From an uncultured virus (IMG/VR IMGVR_UViG_3300042400_001601) (Duplodnaviria; Heunggongvirae; Uroviricota; Caudoviricetes): 63,170 bases of DNA. Location of the stretch: IMG/VR virus record IMGVR_UViG_3300042400_001601; one strand, written 5' to 3'. A program made the position numbers and the translations under genes. Below the pieces are notes generated by a model. That model did no database searches. It worked only from the letters and a program-made list of their open reading frames with translations, and was not told the DNA's origin. How positions within the stretch are numbered: position 1 is the first letter of the stretch; the number at the start of each line of letters is the position of its first letter. Below, in pieces: positions 45,108 to 56,440 of the stretch.

Positions 45108-48100
45108 TTATGCAAGTTGTCTTTCCCCGAATAAAGTCCAAGTATCGGCTGCAACATATTTTAATGTTACAACCGCGTATTGTTTTTCAGTGTACCGAGT
45201 TTGACTTGTATTTATAGTCACGCCCGCGGATGGATTAAAAAATATTTGACCAGCGCCAGCTTGTTCAAAAATTATTTCAGTATTGCTTGCCCAAGCGGCG
45301 CTAGCTGCGGTAACAACTGTTGCAGTAACAGTAGTTGCCGCGGTAGTACGAACGTATTCATATGCATAAGAACTATCTACGTTGAATGAAGTCGCGGCCG
45401 TAGATACTACTGGGAAATAGCCCCAAATGTCTGAATTGCCGCTACTAGCATAAATTGTAGCGGTGGATCGAATAGGTCCAGAAACTTCAAATTTATATGT
45501 TGCTCCTTGTGTACCTACACCCACATTAGTGCCGTTATCGAATATTTGACTATTACCAAGAGCTGCTGCACCAGTAAATTTAGATACAAAATTTGTAGTA
45601 CCTGTTGCATTAGCGTTAGTACCTTGAGCGCCTTGATTACCTTGAGCGCCTGCTGCGCCTTGATTACCTTGTACCCCCGCTATACCTGAGTAACCTGAAT
45701 AACCAGACGCGCCTTGAGCACCGGCAGCGCCTTGATTACCTTGTGCGCCTTGACTACCTTGACTACCGGTTGCTCCTTGAGCGCCTACTGCTCCTTGCGC
45801 GCCTTGATAGCCAGAGTAACCTGAAATACCAGAGTAGCCACTAATACCCGAATAACCTGAGTAACCAGATACTCCCTGAACACCGGCTGCTCCTTGGTTG
45901 CCTTGGGCACCTGCTGCTCCTTGGTTACCTTGATTGCCTTGTGCACCAGCTGCTCCTTGATTGCCTTGGTTGCCTTGGGCTCCGGCAGCGCCTTGGTTAC
46001 CTTGGGCGCCTTGATAACCTGAATAGCCAGATACACCTTGTACACCTGCAGCTCCTTGGTTGCCTTGGTTACCTTGAGCACCAGCTGCTCCTTGATTGCC
46101 TTGGTTACCTTGTGCCCCGGCTGCTCCTTGGTTACCTTGGTTACCTTGGTTACCTTGGGCGCCGGTAGCCCCTTGGTTGCCTTGATTACCTTGGGCACCA
46201 TTATTACCAGAATAACCAGAATATCCAGATACCCCTTGTACCCCGGCTGCTCCTTGATTGCCTTGATTACCTTGCGCGCCAGCTGCTCCTTGATTACCTT
46301 GATTACCTTGTGCACCGGCAGCGCCTTGGTTGCCTTGGTTACCTTGGTTACCTTGATAACCGGAATATCCTGATCTACCGGAGTACCCACTAATACCGGA
46401 GTACCCACTAATACCGGAGTATCCGCTTATACCGGAGTAACCAGAATAGCCTGACACCCCTTGGGCACCAGCCGCGCCTTGGTTGCCTTGGGCTCCAGCG
46501 GCTCCTTGATTACCTTGAGCACCGGCAGCGCCTTGGTTGCCTTGTGCGCCTGCAGCGCCTTGGTTGCCTTGGTTGCCTTGAGCTCCGTTATTACCTGAAT
46601 AGCCTGAATAACCAGATCTACCAGAGTAACCACTTATACCCGAGTAGCCGCTGATACCGGAATAGCCGCTAATACCAGAGTAACCGCTAATACCAGAATA
46701 ACCTGAAATGCCAGAATAACCGCTTATACCAGAATATCCAGAATAGCCAGAACCTCCTTGATTACCTTGGGCCCCTGCTGCGCCTTGATTGCCTTGATTA
46801 CCCTGGTTACCTTGATTGCCTTGTACCCCTGTAGCGCCTTGATACCCTGAATAACCAGATCTACCGGAGTAGCCGCTAATACCGCTATAGCCTGAATAAC
46901 CAGATACGCCTTGTATACCAGTTGCGCCTTGGTTGCCCTGATTGCCTTGGTTGCCTTGGACTCCAGCTGCTCCTTGGTTGCCTTGGTTGCCTTGGGCACC
47001 ATTATTACCAGAGTAGCCCGAGTAGCCGGATCTACCAGAATAACCGCTAATGCCGGAGTAGCCGCTTATACCACTATAACCACTAATACCTGAATACCCT
47101 GAATACCCGGATACACCCTGTGTCCCTACTGCACCTTGATTGCCTTGGTTGCCTTGGTTACCCTGTACACCAGTTGCGCCTTGGTTGCCTTGATTGCCCT
47201 GATTGCCCTGGGCACCATTATTGCCAGAATAGCCTGAGTAACCGGATCTACCAGAATAACCGCTAATGCCGGAGTAGCCACTAATACCAGAGTAACCGCT
47301 AATACCTGAGTAACCAGAATACCCGCTTGTACCTGAATAGCCGCTTGTACCTGAATAGCCGCTGATACCAGAGTAACCGCTTATGCCTGAATAGCCTGAA
47401 TAACCGGATACTCCTTGGGCACCTACTGCACCTTGATTGCCCTGGTTGCCTTGATTGCCTTGATTACCCTGGGCACCATTATTGCCTGAATAGCCCGAAT
47501 AACCGGATACTCCTTGTACACCGGTTGCGCCTTGGTTGCCCTGATTACCTTGGTTGCCTTGCACGCCAGTTGCGCCTTGGTTGCCCTGATTGCCTTGGTT
47601 GCCTTGATTACCTTGTACTCCTTGGAAGCCTTGATACCCTGAATAACCAGATCTACCGGAGTAGCCGCTAATACCGCTATAGCCTGAAATGCCAGAGTAG
47701 CCGCTAATACCGCTGTAACCGCTAAAGCCACTAAAGCCGCTATAGCCGCTGTAACCACTGAACCCACTAAAGCCAGAAATACCTGAGTACCCGCTTATAC
47801 CAGAATACCCTGAAGTGCCTTGTACTCCTTGTACCCCCTGGAAGCCTTGGTAGCCGCTATAACCACTTCTACCGCTAAAACCAGATATACCAGAATAACC
47901 GCTAATACCAGAATAGCCGCTAAAGCCAGATATACCGGAATAACCACTGATGCCGGAATAGCCTGATATACCTGAATAACCAGATACACCTTGTACGCCG
48001 GTTGCGCCTTGGTTGCCCTGATTGCCTTGGTTGCCCTGTACGCCCTGTACGCCTTGAAAGCCTTGATAACCGGAGTAGCCTGAAGCTGCTGCAGCCCCTT

Positions 48101-51100
48101 GGAAGCCGCTATATCCACTAATGCCTGAGTAACCGCTTATGCCAGAATAACCTGATGCACCTTGTACCCCTTGTGCGCCTTGATACCCACTATACCCTGA
48201 AAAACCTGAATAGCCTGAAGCTGCTGCAGCGCCTTGGAAGCCACTATACCCACTGATACCAGAGTAACCACTAAAGCCGCTATAGCCAGAAATACCAGAG
48301 TAACCGCTAAACCCGCTGATACCGGAATAACCGCTTATACCGCTATAGCCTGAATAACCGGATCTACCGGAATAACCGCTTATACCAGAATAGCCGCTTA
48401 TGCCGGAATAACCGCTTATGCCGGAATAACCTGAGTAACCGCTAATGCCGCTGTAGCCGCTAAAGCCAGATATACCGGAATAACCGCTTATACCACTGAA
48501 ACCACTATAACCGGAAATGCCTGAGTAACCGCTTATGCCAGAGTAGCCTGACAGGCCTTGTACTCCTTGTACTCCTTGGAAGCCCTGGTAACCACTATAC
48601 CCGCTAATACCGGAATAACCGCTTATGCCAGAGTAGCCTGACAAGCCTTGTACGCCTTGTACTCCTTGGAAGCCCTGGTAGCCGCTATAACCTGATCTAC
48701 CAGAGTATCCTGACAAGCCTTGTACCCCTTGTACCCCTTGGAACCCTTGATAGCCTGATATACCAGAATAGCCGCTAATACCACTGTAACCAGAAATACC
48801 AGAATAGCCCGATAAGCCTTGTACGCCTTGTATGCCCTGTATACCTTGTACTCCTTGGAAGCCTTGGTAACCAGAATAGCCTGATACGCCTTGCACACCG
48901 ACCGCTCCTTGATTGCCTTGATTACCTTGCGCGCCTTGGAAGCCCTGATAACCTGAATACCCCGATCTGCCGGAGTAGCCAGATATACCACTATAGCCAC
49001 TTATACCGCTGTAGCCAGATGTACCTGAATAACCACTTATACCGCTGTAGCCTGAAATACCTGAATAACCGGAGTAGCCTGAAAAGCCGCTAAACCCTGA
49101 TATACCTGAATAACCAGAATACCCTGATATACCGCTATAGCCAGATATACCTGAGTATCCTGAATAGCCTGAGAACCCACTATAACCGCTTAAACCGCTG
49201 TAACCAGAAAGACCAGAGTAACCTGAAATACCGCTATAGCCTGAATACCCCGAGATGCCTGAGTAGCCACTATAGCCACTTGTACCGCTAATACCTGAAT
49301 AGCCGCTAATGCCGCTGTAGCCTGAAGTGCCTGAATAACCTGAAATGCCTGAATATCCGCTGTAGCCACTTGTACCACTATAACCAGATATACCAGAGTA
49401 ACCAGAAATACCACTGTAGCCAGATATACCTGAGTAGCCACTATAACCGCTTATACCGCTGTAGCCAGAGTAACCACTTATACCGCTATAGCCAGACAAA
49501 CCAGAGTAGCCTGAAATACCACTATAACCAGAATAACCTGAGGTTCCTTGTACGCCTTGTACGCCTTGAAAACCTTGATAACCACTATACCCGGACGCTC
49601 CCTGTACCCCCTGTACCCCTTGGAAGCCTTGGAAGCCTTGGTACCCTGATGTACCAGAGTAACCACTAATACCGCTGTAACCTGAAATACCAGAATAGCC
49701 TGATAGACCTTGTACGCCTTGTACTCCTTGGAAGCCCTGGTAGCCGCTATAACCTGATCTACCAGAGTATCCTGATATACCGGAATATCCTGATAAACCA
49801 GAATAACCGCTAATACCGCTATAGCCTGAATAACCTGAAACACCGCTATAACCACTAATACCGCTATAACCACTATAACCGCTTGTACCTGAGTAACCGC
49901 TAGTACCACTTATACCCGAATAACCTGAAATACCGCTATAGCCAGAAATACCAGAAATACCAGAATAGCCACTTAGACCTGAGTAGCCGCTAATACCACT
50001 GTAGCCGGAGTAACCGGAATAACCGCTTAAACCTGAGTAACCGCTTGTACCACTATACCCTGAAATACCTGAGTAGCCGCTAATACCGCTATAACCTGAA
50101 TAACCTGAAATACCGCTATAACCAGAAACACCGGAGCCAGAATAACCACTATAACCAGAAATACCCGAATACCCCGAAATACCTGAATAACCGGAATAGC
50201 CGCTTATACCAGAATAACCACTGTAGCCAGAGATACCTGAGTAGCCTGAGTAGCCTGAGTAGCCTGATACTCCAGACCCGGAATAACCTGATATACCTGA
50301 GTAACCTGAAATACCTGAGTAGCCTGATGTACCTGAGTAGCCGGAATAACCTGATGGTCCAGAATAACCAGATGTGCCTGAGTAGCCAGATATACCTGAG
50401 TAACCTGAATACCCTGACTCTCCATAAGCAATTAATGCTGCTGTAAAGTATGTACCGGTACCGGCGCTATTAATATTTTGCCCAGCTGACGCACCTGTAT
50501 AGGCAGTTACTTCTACATAATCACTAGACCCGTTAAAATAGACTATTGTTGATAAAGATTGTCCTCGACCATTAGTAGTATTGACTGGATCTTGCTGAAA
50601 TGCTAGTTGAGTGGTTCCGTTCTTCCTCAACTGAATATTATTTTGTTGAGTATTGTCCACCCCTGCTTCCCACCAAACAGAAACATTTACAGCATAATAA
50701 CCAGCAACGGTTGGCTGAAATTTATTAGAAGCAAACCAGTTACGCGGGTCAAAGTCGTCTGCAAACGTAACAACAGTATCAATAGCAGAACTAATACTCT
50801 GTGTGCCGCCTTGCTTAGTAGCACGCACTACATACGTACTCGGCGTCAACATGCCACCGTCTTGACCTGAATAACCACTTATACCTGAGTACCCACTGTA
50901 GCCTGAAATACCTGAGTAGCCTGAAATACCGCTGTAGCCACTAATACCGCTGTAGCCAGAAATACCAGAATAACCACTATAGCCAGATATACCAGAATAA
51001 CCTGAGGTACCGCTGTAGCCACTAGTGCCACTATAACCCGAAGTTCCGCTATACCCCGAATAACCAGAGTAACCACTTATACCAGCTCCTGAATAGCCCG

Positions 51101-54100
51101 AGTACCCAGATGTGCCTACAGCGCCTCTATATATACCGGTAGAAATATTACTATAGTGGTCAGTACCCTCGTAGTATAATCTTACAGTTCTAGTTTGATT
51201 TTGAGGGCATTCTGCACTAACTCTCAATATAAGTCTATCGGTTATATCTAGAGTTTTAGCAACTGAGATAGTAAAATTAGTAACTAAATTACTAGGGCTA
51301 TCAATATTAGTATTAGTTAAGTAGTCACTAACAGCTGTTAAAAGAAGAGTCTCTGTACCACCAGTCGCGCGTTTGTAAACACCGTACGTAAGACGAACAT
51401 CCCCAGCATGGCTTACATAATACCAAGTATTAAACTGCCAAGTGCCTATCGGAATCTGTGTAACACCTGGCTGTCCGATAGGAGTTACTTGATTAATAAA
51501 ATTAACTGCTGACTGGGTAAATGTTACAGTAAAATAAGTTTCAGGGTCAAAGTCAGGCGCAGTATCTAGAACGTCGAAGCCGCTTAAATCAGAAGCACTG
51601 TTAGTATAATAATAAGTTATACCCACTGCAGGTATACCGCTAAAGCCACTAATACCACTATAACCAGAAATACCTGAGTAGCCGCTGATACCTGAGTAGC
51701 CGCTTATACCGCTATAGCCCGAATAACCGCTTAAGCCTGAATAACCGCTTAAGCCTGAATAACCGCTTAAGCCTGAATAACCGCTAATGCCTGAGTAGCC
51801 ACTAATACCACTATAACCCGAGTAGCCACTAATACCACTATAACCAGAATAGCCAGAGTAGCCGCTTATGCCCGAATAGCCGCTGATACCTGAGTAGCCA
51901 CTTATACCGCTATAGCCACTGTAACCACTAACGCCGGAATACCCACTATAGCCTGAAATACCAGAATAACCGCTAGTACCTGAATAGCCAGAATAACCGC
52001 TAGTACCGGAATAACCGCTAGTACCTGAATAGCCACTGATGCCTGAATAACCTGAAACACCTGAATAACCAGAGTAACCACTAATACCGGAATAACCGCT
52101 TATACCACTATAACCAGATATACCGGACCCGGAATAGCCTGATATACCACTATAGCCACTGTAACCTGATATACCAGAATAACCTGAAGTACCTGATATA
52201 CCTGAATAACCTGATACCCCGCTGTAGCCGCTTATACCGGAGTAGCCAGAATAACCTGAGTAGCCTGACTGCCCGCTAGCCCCGCTTATACCGCTATAGC
52301 CTGAAATACCACTATAGCCAGAGATACCACTGTAACCAGAATAACCTGACTCCCCACTGTAACCACTTATACCGGAGTAGCCAGAGTAGCCAGAGTAGCC
52401 AGAATCTCCGCTATAGCCGCTCAGACCTGAATAACCACTCTCCCCGCTGTAACCAGAAATACCTGAGTAACCTGATACACCAGAATAGCCTGATATACCG
52501 GAATAGCCGCTTATACCGCTATACCCGCTATAACCTGAATAACCTGATATACCGCTGTACCCAGATATACCTGAATAACCGCTCGTACCGCTATAGCCTG
52601 AATAGCCTGAAATACCAGAATAACCAGAATCTCCGCTATAGCCACTATAACCGCTTATGCCGGAGTAACCGGAAATACCAGAATAACCACTAATACCACT
52701 ATAGCCTGAATAACCTGAATACCCACTAATGCCTAAGTCTCCACTATAGCCTGATATACCGGAGTAGCCTGATATACCTGAATAACCGGAGTAACCGCTA
52801 ATGCCACTGTAACCACTATAACCGCTTGTACCGCTATAACCACTATAACCGCTCTCTCCGGAGTAGCCGCTATAACCAGAATAGCCGCTTATACCGGAAT
52901 CGCCACTATAACCCGAAGTGCCTGAGTAGCCTGAAATGCCTGAGTCTCCGCTATAGCCTGAAATACCAGAGTAGCCACTAATGCCACTGTAACCACTATA
53001 ACCGCTTGTACCACTTGTACCACTATAGCCACTGATACCAGAGTAACCACTAATACCAGAGTAGCCACTATACCCAGAGTAGCCGCTTATACCTGAATCG
53101 CCACTATAACCTGAAATACCTGAGTCTCCGCTATAGCCTGAAATGCCGCTATAGCCGCTTATACCAGAGTAACCACTGATACCGCTTATACCAGAATAAC
53201 CAGAAGTACCAGAGTAACCGCTTATACCGCTATAACCTGAAATACCAGAGTAGCCACTAATACCAGAATCTCCGCTGTAACCTGAAATACCAGAAATACC
53301 AGAATAGCCAGAATACCCTGAAAACCCGCTGTAGCCTGATATGCCCGAGTAGCCACTAATACCACTATAGCCTGAATATCCTGAGATACCGGAATAACCG
53401 CTAATACCTGAATAGCCGCTAAAGCCTGAAATACCTGAGTCTCCACTATAGCCTGAAATGCCGCTGTAACCGCTAAAACTACTATAACCTGAATAACCTG
53501 ATGTGCCAGAGTAGCCAGAGTAGCCACTAGTACCGGAGTACCCGCTTATACCACTGTAACCTGAAATACCAGAGTAACCGCTAATACCAGAATAACCTGA
53601 GTCTCCACTGTATCCGCTTAACCCGCTGTAGCCACTAAAACCTGATATACCTGAGTAACCTGAAATACCTGAGTCTCCGCTATAGCCTGAAATGCCGCTG
53701 TAACCGCTATAGCCACTTATGCCTGAATAGCCAGAAGTGCCTGAGATGCCTGAATACCCAGAGTAGCCGCTTATACCAGAATAACCGCTAATGCCTGAAT
53801 AACCGGACGTACCGCTATAACCTGAAATGCCTGAATAACCGGAATAGCCGCTAATACCAGAGTAACCGCTTATACCACTATAACCGGAATAGCCTGATAT
53901 ACCACTATACCCGCTAAAACCAGAAATGCCTGAATAGCCAGAGTAGCCTGAAGTGCCGCTAATACCAGAGTAGCCTGAAATACCTGAGTACCCGCTAATA
54001 CCGCTATAACCACTTATACCACTGTACCCGCTAATACCAGAGTAGCCTGACGATGCAACAGCACCTACCGCTCCGCTATAACCTGAAATACCTGAGTAAC

Positions 54101-55223
54101 CAGAGTAACCACTAATGCCACTATAACCACTAATGCCGCTGTATCCTGATAGACCACTGTAGCCACTAAAACCAGAATAGCCCGAGTAACCGCTAGTGCC
54201 AGAATAACCAGATGCTGAAGTCGCGCCTACTGCCCCAGAGTAACCTGAAAAACCGCTATACCCTGAAAAACCACTATAGCCTGATACACCGCTGTAACCA
54301 GATATACCAGAGTAACCTGAATACCCGCTAATACCAGAATCTCCGCTGTAACCGCTGTAACCGGAAATACCAGTTGTACCACTGTAGCCTGATATACCAC
54401 TATAACCACTAAAACCAGAAATGCCTGAATACCCACTTATACCGGAGTAACCGCTAGTGCCTGAATAACCTGATATACCACTAATACCAGAATAACCTGA
54501 TGTACCGCTAATACCAGAATAACCAGACACCCCTGAGTACCCACTTATACCGCTATAACCGCTAGGCCCTGAATAGCCTGAAAAGCCTGAAATACCGCTA
54601 TAGCCTGAAATACCGCTATGACCGCTAATACCAGAGTCGCCGCTATACCCACTGTAGCCAGAATACCCCGAAATACCGCTATACCCCGATATGCCCGAAT
54701 AACCAGAATAGCCGCTAATACCGGAGTAACCACTAATACCGGAATAGCCACTTATACCAGAATCTCCGCTATAACCTGAAGTACCTGAATAACCAGAAAA
54801 ACTACTATAACCGGAGTAACCTGAATAGCCGCTTTCCCCGCTGTACCCGGAATAACCGCTTTCACCAGAATAACCTGAATACCCGCTATAACCAGAAACT
54901 CCAGAACCTGAATACCCGCTGTACCCTGAATAACCACTTATACCGGAATAACCTGATGCAGAAGAAGAACCTTGCGCGCCAGAATAGCCTGAGTAACCAG
55001 ACTCTCCAATACCCGAATACCCACTAGAACCTGAATACCCACTATAACCTGAATACCCCATTACCCCTTGTGCGGATAAAGCAGAAATACTAATAGAGTA
55101 TGAAGTATACGTACCATCGCTATTATTTCTTTCAAGAAATAATATATCAGTACCAGAAAGAGGACCAACTGGCACTGAAGGTAGTTCGTGTGGAAATATT
55201 AATGTCGGAAAATCAGCGGACAT
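45108..55223 (-). CDS. Giant collagen-like fibre (Gly-X-Ser then Gly-X-Gln triplets) with embedded globular and C1q-like domains
   Basis: 3371-aa uninterrupted ORF with Gly at every third residue over most of its length; non-repetitive inserts at ~51121-51635 and ~50421-50860; fibre-tip domain at the C-terminus; TAAATA-N6-ATG. Confidence 0.88.
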   Translation of the reverse strand: MSADFPTLIFPHELPSVPVGPLSGTDILFLERNNSDGTYTSYSISISALSAQGVMGYSGYSGYSGSSGYSGIGESGYSGYSGAQGSSSASGYSGISGYSGYSGYSGSGVSGYSGYSGYSGESGYSGYSGESGYSGYSGYSSFSGYSGTSGYSGDSGISGYSGISGYSGISGYSGYSGISGYSGISGYSGYSGYSGDSGISGHSGISGYSGISGFSGYSGPSGYSGISGYSGVSGYSGISGTSGYSGISGISGYSGTSGYSGISGYSGISGFSGYSGISGYSGTTGISGYSGYSGDSGISGYSGYSGISGYSGVSGYSGFSGYSGFSGYSGAVGATSASGYSGTSGYSGYSGFSGYSGLSGYSGISGYSGISGYSGYSGISGYSGAVGAVASSGYSGISGYSGISGYSGISGYSGISGYSGISGTSGYSGYSGISGFSGYSGISGYSGYSGISGYSGISGYSGYSGISGYSGTSGYSGISGYSGISGYSGYSGISGTSGYSGISGYSGYSGISGYSGDSGISGYSGISGFSGYSGLSGYSGDSGYSGISGYSGISGYSGISGYSGTSGYSGYSGTSGYSGYSSFSGYSGISGYSGDSGISGFSGYSGISGYSGISGYSGYSGISGYSGISGYSGFSGYSGYSGISGISGYSGDSGISGYSGISGYSGISGYSGTSGYSGISGISGYSGISGYSGISGYSGDSGISGYSGDSGISGYSGYSGYSGISGYSGISGYSGTSGTSGYSGYSGISGYSGISGYSGDSGISGYSGTSGYSGDSGISGYSGYSGYSGESGYSGYSGTSGYSGYSGISGYSGYSGISGYSGISGYSGDLGISGYSGYSGYSGISGYSGISGYSGISGYSGYSGDSGYSGISGYSGYSGTSGYSGISGYSGISGYSGYSGYSGISGYSGISGYSGVSGYSGISGYSGESGYSGLSGYSGDSGYSGYSGYSGISGYSGESGYSGYSGISGYSGISGYSGISGASGQSGYSGYSGYSGISGYSGVSGYSGISGTSGYSGISGYSGYSGISGYSGSGISGYSGISGYSGISGYSGYSGVSGYSGISGYSGTSGYSGTSGYSGYSGTSGYSGISGYSGYSGVSGYSGYSGISGYSGISGYSGISGYSGYSGYSGISGYSGYSGISGYSGISGYSGLSGYSGLSGYSGLSGYSGYSGISGYSGISGYSGISGYSGISGFSGIPAVGITYYYTNSASDLSGFDVLDTAPDFDPETYFTVTFTQSAVNFINQVTPIGQPGVTQIPIGTWQFNTWYYVSHAGDVRLTYGVYKRATGGTETLLLTAVSDYLTNTNIDSPSNLVTNFTISVAKTLDITDRLILRVSAECPQNQTRTVRLYYEGTDHYSNISTGIYRGAVGTSGYSGYSGAGISGYSGYSGYSGTSGYSGTSGYSGTSGYSGISGYSGYSGISGYSGISGYSGISGYSGISGYSGYSGISGYSGQDGGMLTPSTYVVRATKQGGTQSISSAIDTVVTFADDFDPRNWFASNKFQPTVAGYYAVNVSVWWEAGVDNTQQNNIQLRKNGTTQLAFQQDPVNTTNGRGQSLSTIVYFNGSSDYVEVTAYTGASAGQNINSAGTGTYFTAALIAYGESGYSGYSGISGYSGTSGYSGPSGYSGYSGTSGYSGISGYSGISGYSGSGVSGYSGYSGYSGISGYSGYSGISGYSGYSGISGYSGISGYSGYSGSGVSGYSGISGYSGYSGISGYSGISGYSGTSGYSGLSGYSGYSGYSGISGYSGLSGYSGISGISGYSGISGYSGISGTSGYSGTSGYSGYSGISGYSGVSGYSGYSGISGYSGLSGYSGISGYSGRSGYSGYQGFQGVQGVQGLSGYSGISGYSGISGYSGTSGYQGFQGFQGVQGVQGASGYSGYQGFQGVQGVQGTSGYSGYSGISGYSGLSGYSGISGYSGYSGISGYSGYSGISGYSGISGYSGISGYSGTSGYSGYSGISGYSGTSGYSGISGYSGISGTSGYSGYSGISGYSGYSGISGYSGLSGYSGLSGYSGFSGYSGYSGISGYSGISGYSGYSGISGFSGFSGYSGYSGISGYSGISGYSGTSGYSGISGYSGISGYSGRSGYSGYQGFQGAQGNQGNQGAVGVQGVSGYSGYQGFQGVQGIQGIQGVQGLSGYSGISGYSGISGYSGISGYQGFQGVQGVQGLSGYSGRSGYSGYQGFQGVQGVQGLSGYSGISGYSGISGYSGYQGFQGVQGVQGLSGYSGISGYSGISGYSGFSGISGYSGISGFSGYSGISGYSGYSGISGYSGISGYSGISGYSGRSGYSGYSGISGYSGISGFSGYSGISGYSGFSGYSGISGYSGFQGAAAASGYSGFSGYSGYQGAQGVQGASGYSGISGYSGISGYSGFQGAAAASGYSGYQGFQGVQGVQGNQGNQGNQGATGVQGVSGYSGISGYSGISGYSGISGFSGYSGISGYSGISGFSGRSGYSGYQGFQGVQGVQGTSGYSGISGYSGISGFSGFSGYSGYSGFSGFSGYSGISGYSGISGYSGISGYSGRSGYSGYQGFQGVQGNQGNQGNQGNQGATGVQGNQGNQGNQGATGVQGVSGYSGYSGNNGAQGNQGNQGNQGNQGAVGAQGVSGYSGYSGISGYSGISGYSGTSGYSGTSGYSGYSGISGYSGISGYSGISGYSGRSGYSGYSGNNGAQGNQGNQGNQGATGVQGNQGNQGNQGAVGTQGVSGYSGYSGISGYSGISGYSGISGYSGRSGYSGYSGNNGAQGNQGNQGAAGVQGNQGNQGNQGATGIQGVSGYSGYSGISGYSGRSGYSGYQGATGVQGNQGNQGNQGNQGAAGAQGNQGGSGYSGYSGISGYSGISGYSGISGYSGISGYSGISGYSGISGYSGRSGYSGYSGNNGAQGNQGNQGAAGAQGNQGAAGAQGNQGAAGAQGNQGAAGAQGVSGYSGYSGISGYSGISGYSGISGYSGRSGYSGYQGNQGNQGNQGAAGAQGNQGNQGAAGAQGNQGNQGAAGVQGVSGYSGYSGNNGAQGNQGNQGATGAQGNQGNQGNQGAAGAQGNQGNQGAAGAQGNQGNQGAAGVQGVSGYSGYQGAQGNQGAAGAQGNQGNQGAAGAQGNQGNQGAAGAQGNQGAAGVQGVSGYSGYSGISGYSGISGYSGYQGAQGAVGAQGATGSQGSQGAQGNQGAAGAQGASGYSGYSGIAGVQGNQGAAGAQGNQGAQGTNANATGTTNFVSKFTGAAALGNSQIFDNGTNVGVGTQGATYKFEVSGPIRSTATIYASSGNSDIWGYFPVVSTAATSFNVDSSYAYEYVRTTAATTVTATVVTAASAAWASNTEIIFEQAGAGQIFFNPSAGVTINTSQTRYTEKQYAVVTLKYVAADTWTLFGERQLA

Positions 55224-55235
55224 CTTATATATTTA

Positions 55236-56384
55236 TTAACCGCTAAGCGGTATCGATCCGAGTGCAGAAATTAAGTCGGATAGATTTGTTAATGTAGGGT
55301 AATATGAACCCTGAATACTTGCTGCGACGGTCTCTATTGTAGGCATAATAGGTACAAGAGAGCTTAGTGAAGGGTTATAAGAAGAGAGTAATGAGTAGAG
55401 AGTTTGTAGGGCGACTGCATTTGCAGAGGTAATTGTTGCCCCAGTACTCATTGAGTAGTTACTCGGGCTTTGTACAACAACATATGTATTAGAAGCTGAA
55501 GCGCCTAATGCTCCGACAGTTTGACCTGCGGCATTGGCTACCCCTATAAGGTTTACTATAGTGTTATTATCTTCGTAATCCCCATAAACGTTAGTATTGG
55601 ATTGAGTGTTTTCGTTATAACTAAACACTTGCTCAGAATCTTTGTCAACAAATTGGGTATATTCTTTAGTTTCTAAAACATTTGGTAAACTATTAACTTG
55701 GCCGTCAAATTTATTATCATAAACTTGATCCATGAGATTTTCACGAGGGGCGTCGAGTTCATAGTTGAAGTCAAAGCGCTTAGCTTTAATCATCCAAACG
55801 TAATGGCCTAGCAATTGATTGTTTTCACCGCCCATTTCATCAACGCGTTCTGTTATTTCAAAAACTTTACCACTTCTTCCTCCAGGTCTTGTACGGCCAT
55901 ATTCTGCTAGCTCTATTAAATCCCCTGCTTTAGGTTCATAATTTGCAGCTGAAAGCACCCCGCTTATTGCAGTGACTACATTAGTAAATGTAGTAATAGG
56001 TATAATTGCAGTTAAATCCGCTTCTCCTTGTAATCCGAATTTGCTTAGTACAACATTATCATTACTAAGTGTTAAAGCAAGTACCATTGGTAAAGGAGTT
56101 GAATAACGCACCAACGGCATTTCCCCGTAGAAGAAGTCATGGGCAGATAAATTATATCCATTAATATAGTAATTAACTTCTTGCCCATGAATTCTAATTT
56201 GTTCATTCCACCAGTTTTCCCAAAGCTGTCTTTCTGCTGTTGTATTATCTACATCTAGATATCGAAAACCGGTTGTACCATATACACAATTATATCCGCC
56301 ACTTAATTGAGGGCCTACATCATCCGTACCAGGAGCCGTATAGGGCCCGGTGTCGGTACAATATTTAGACAAATAGCTAGCCAT
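55236..56384 (-). CDS. Neck protein (gp14-like)
   Basis: EQIRIHGQEVNYY, FYGE, LSKFGL..E.DLT, EPKAGDLIEL, VFEIT. Confidence 0.75.
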   Translation of the reverse strand: MASYLSKYCTDTGPYTAPGTDDVGPQLSGGYNCVYGTTGFRYLDVDNTTAERQLWENWWNEQIRIHGQEVNYYINGYNLSAHDFFYGEMPLVRYSTPLPMVLALTLSNDNVVLSKFGLQGEADLTAIIPITTFTNVVTAISGVLSAANYEPKAGDLIELAEYGRTRPGGRSGKVFEITERVDEMGGENNQLLGHYVWMIKAKRFDFNYELDAPRENLMDQVYDNKFDGQVNSLPNVLETKEYTQFVDKDSEQVFSYNENTQSNTNVYGDYEDNNTIVNLIGVANAAGQTVGALGASASNTYVVVQSPSNYSMSTGATITSANAVALQTLYSLLSSYNPSLSSLVPIMPTIETVAASIQGSYYPTLTNLSDLISALGSIPLSG

Positions 56385-56440
56385 TAAAATTATTTACTCT
56401 TACTAATAGAAATAAAGCCAGTTATACTAAATATATTTAA

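Noticed and set aside
45785..54937. Many alternative-frame ORFs within the giant gene
   Set aside because: Shadow frames of the 9-nt periodic coding repeat
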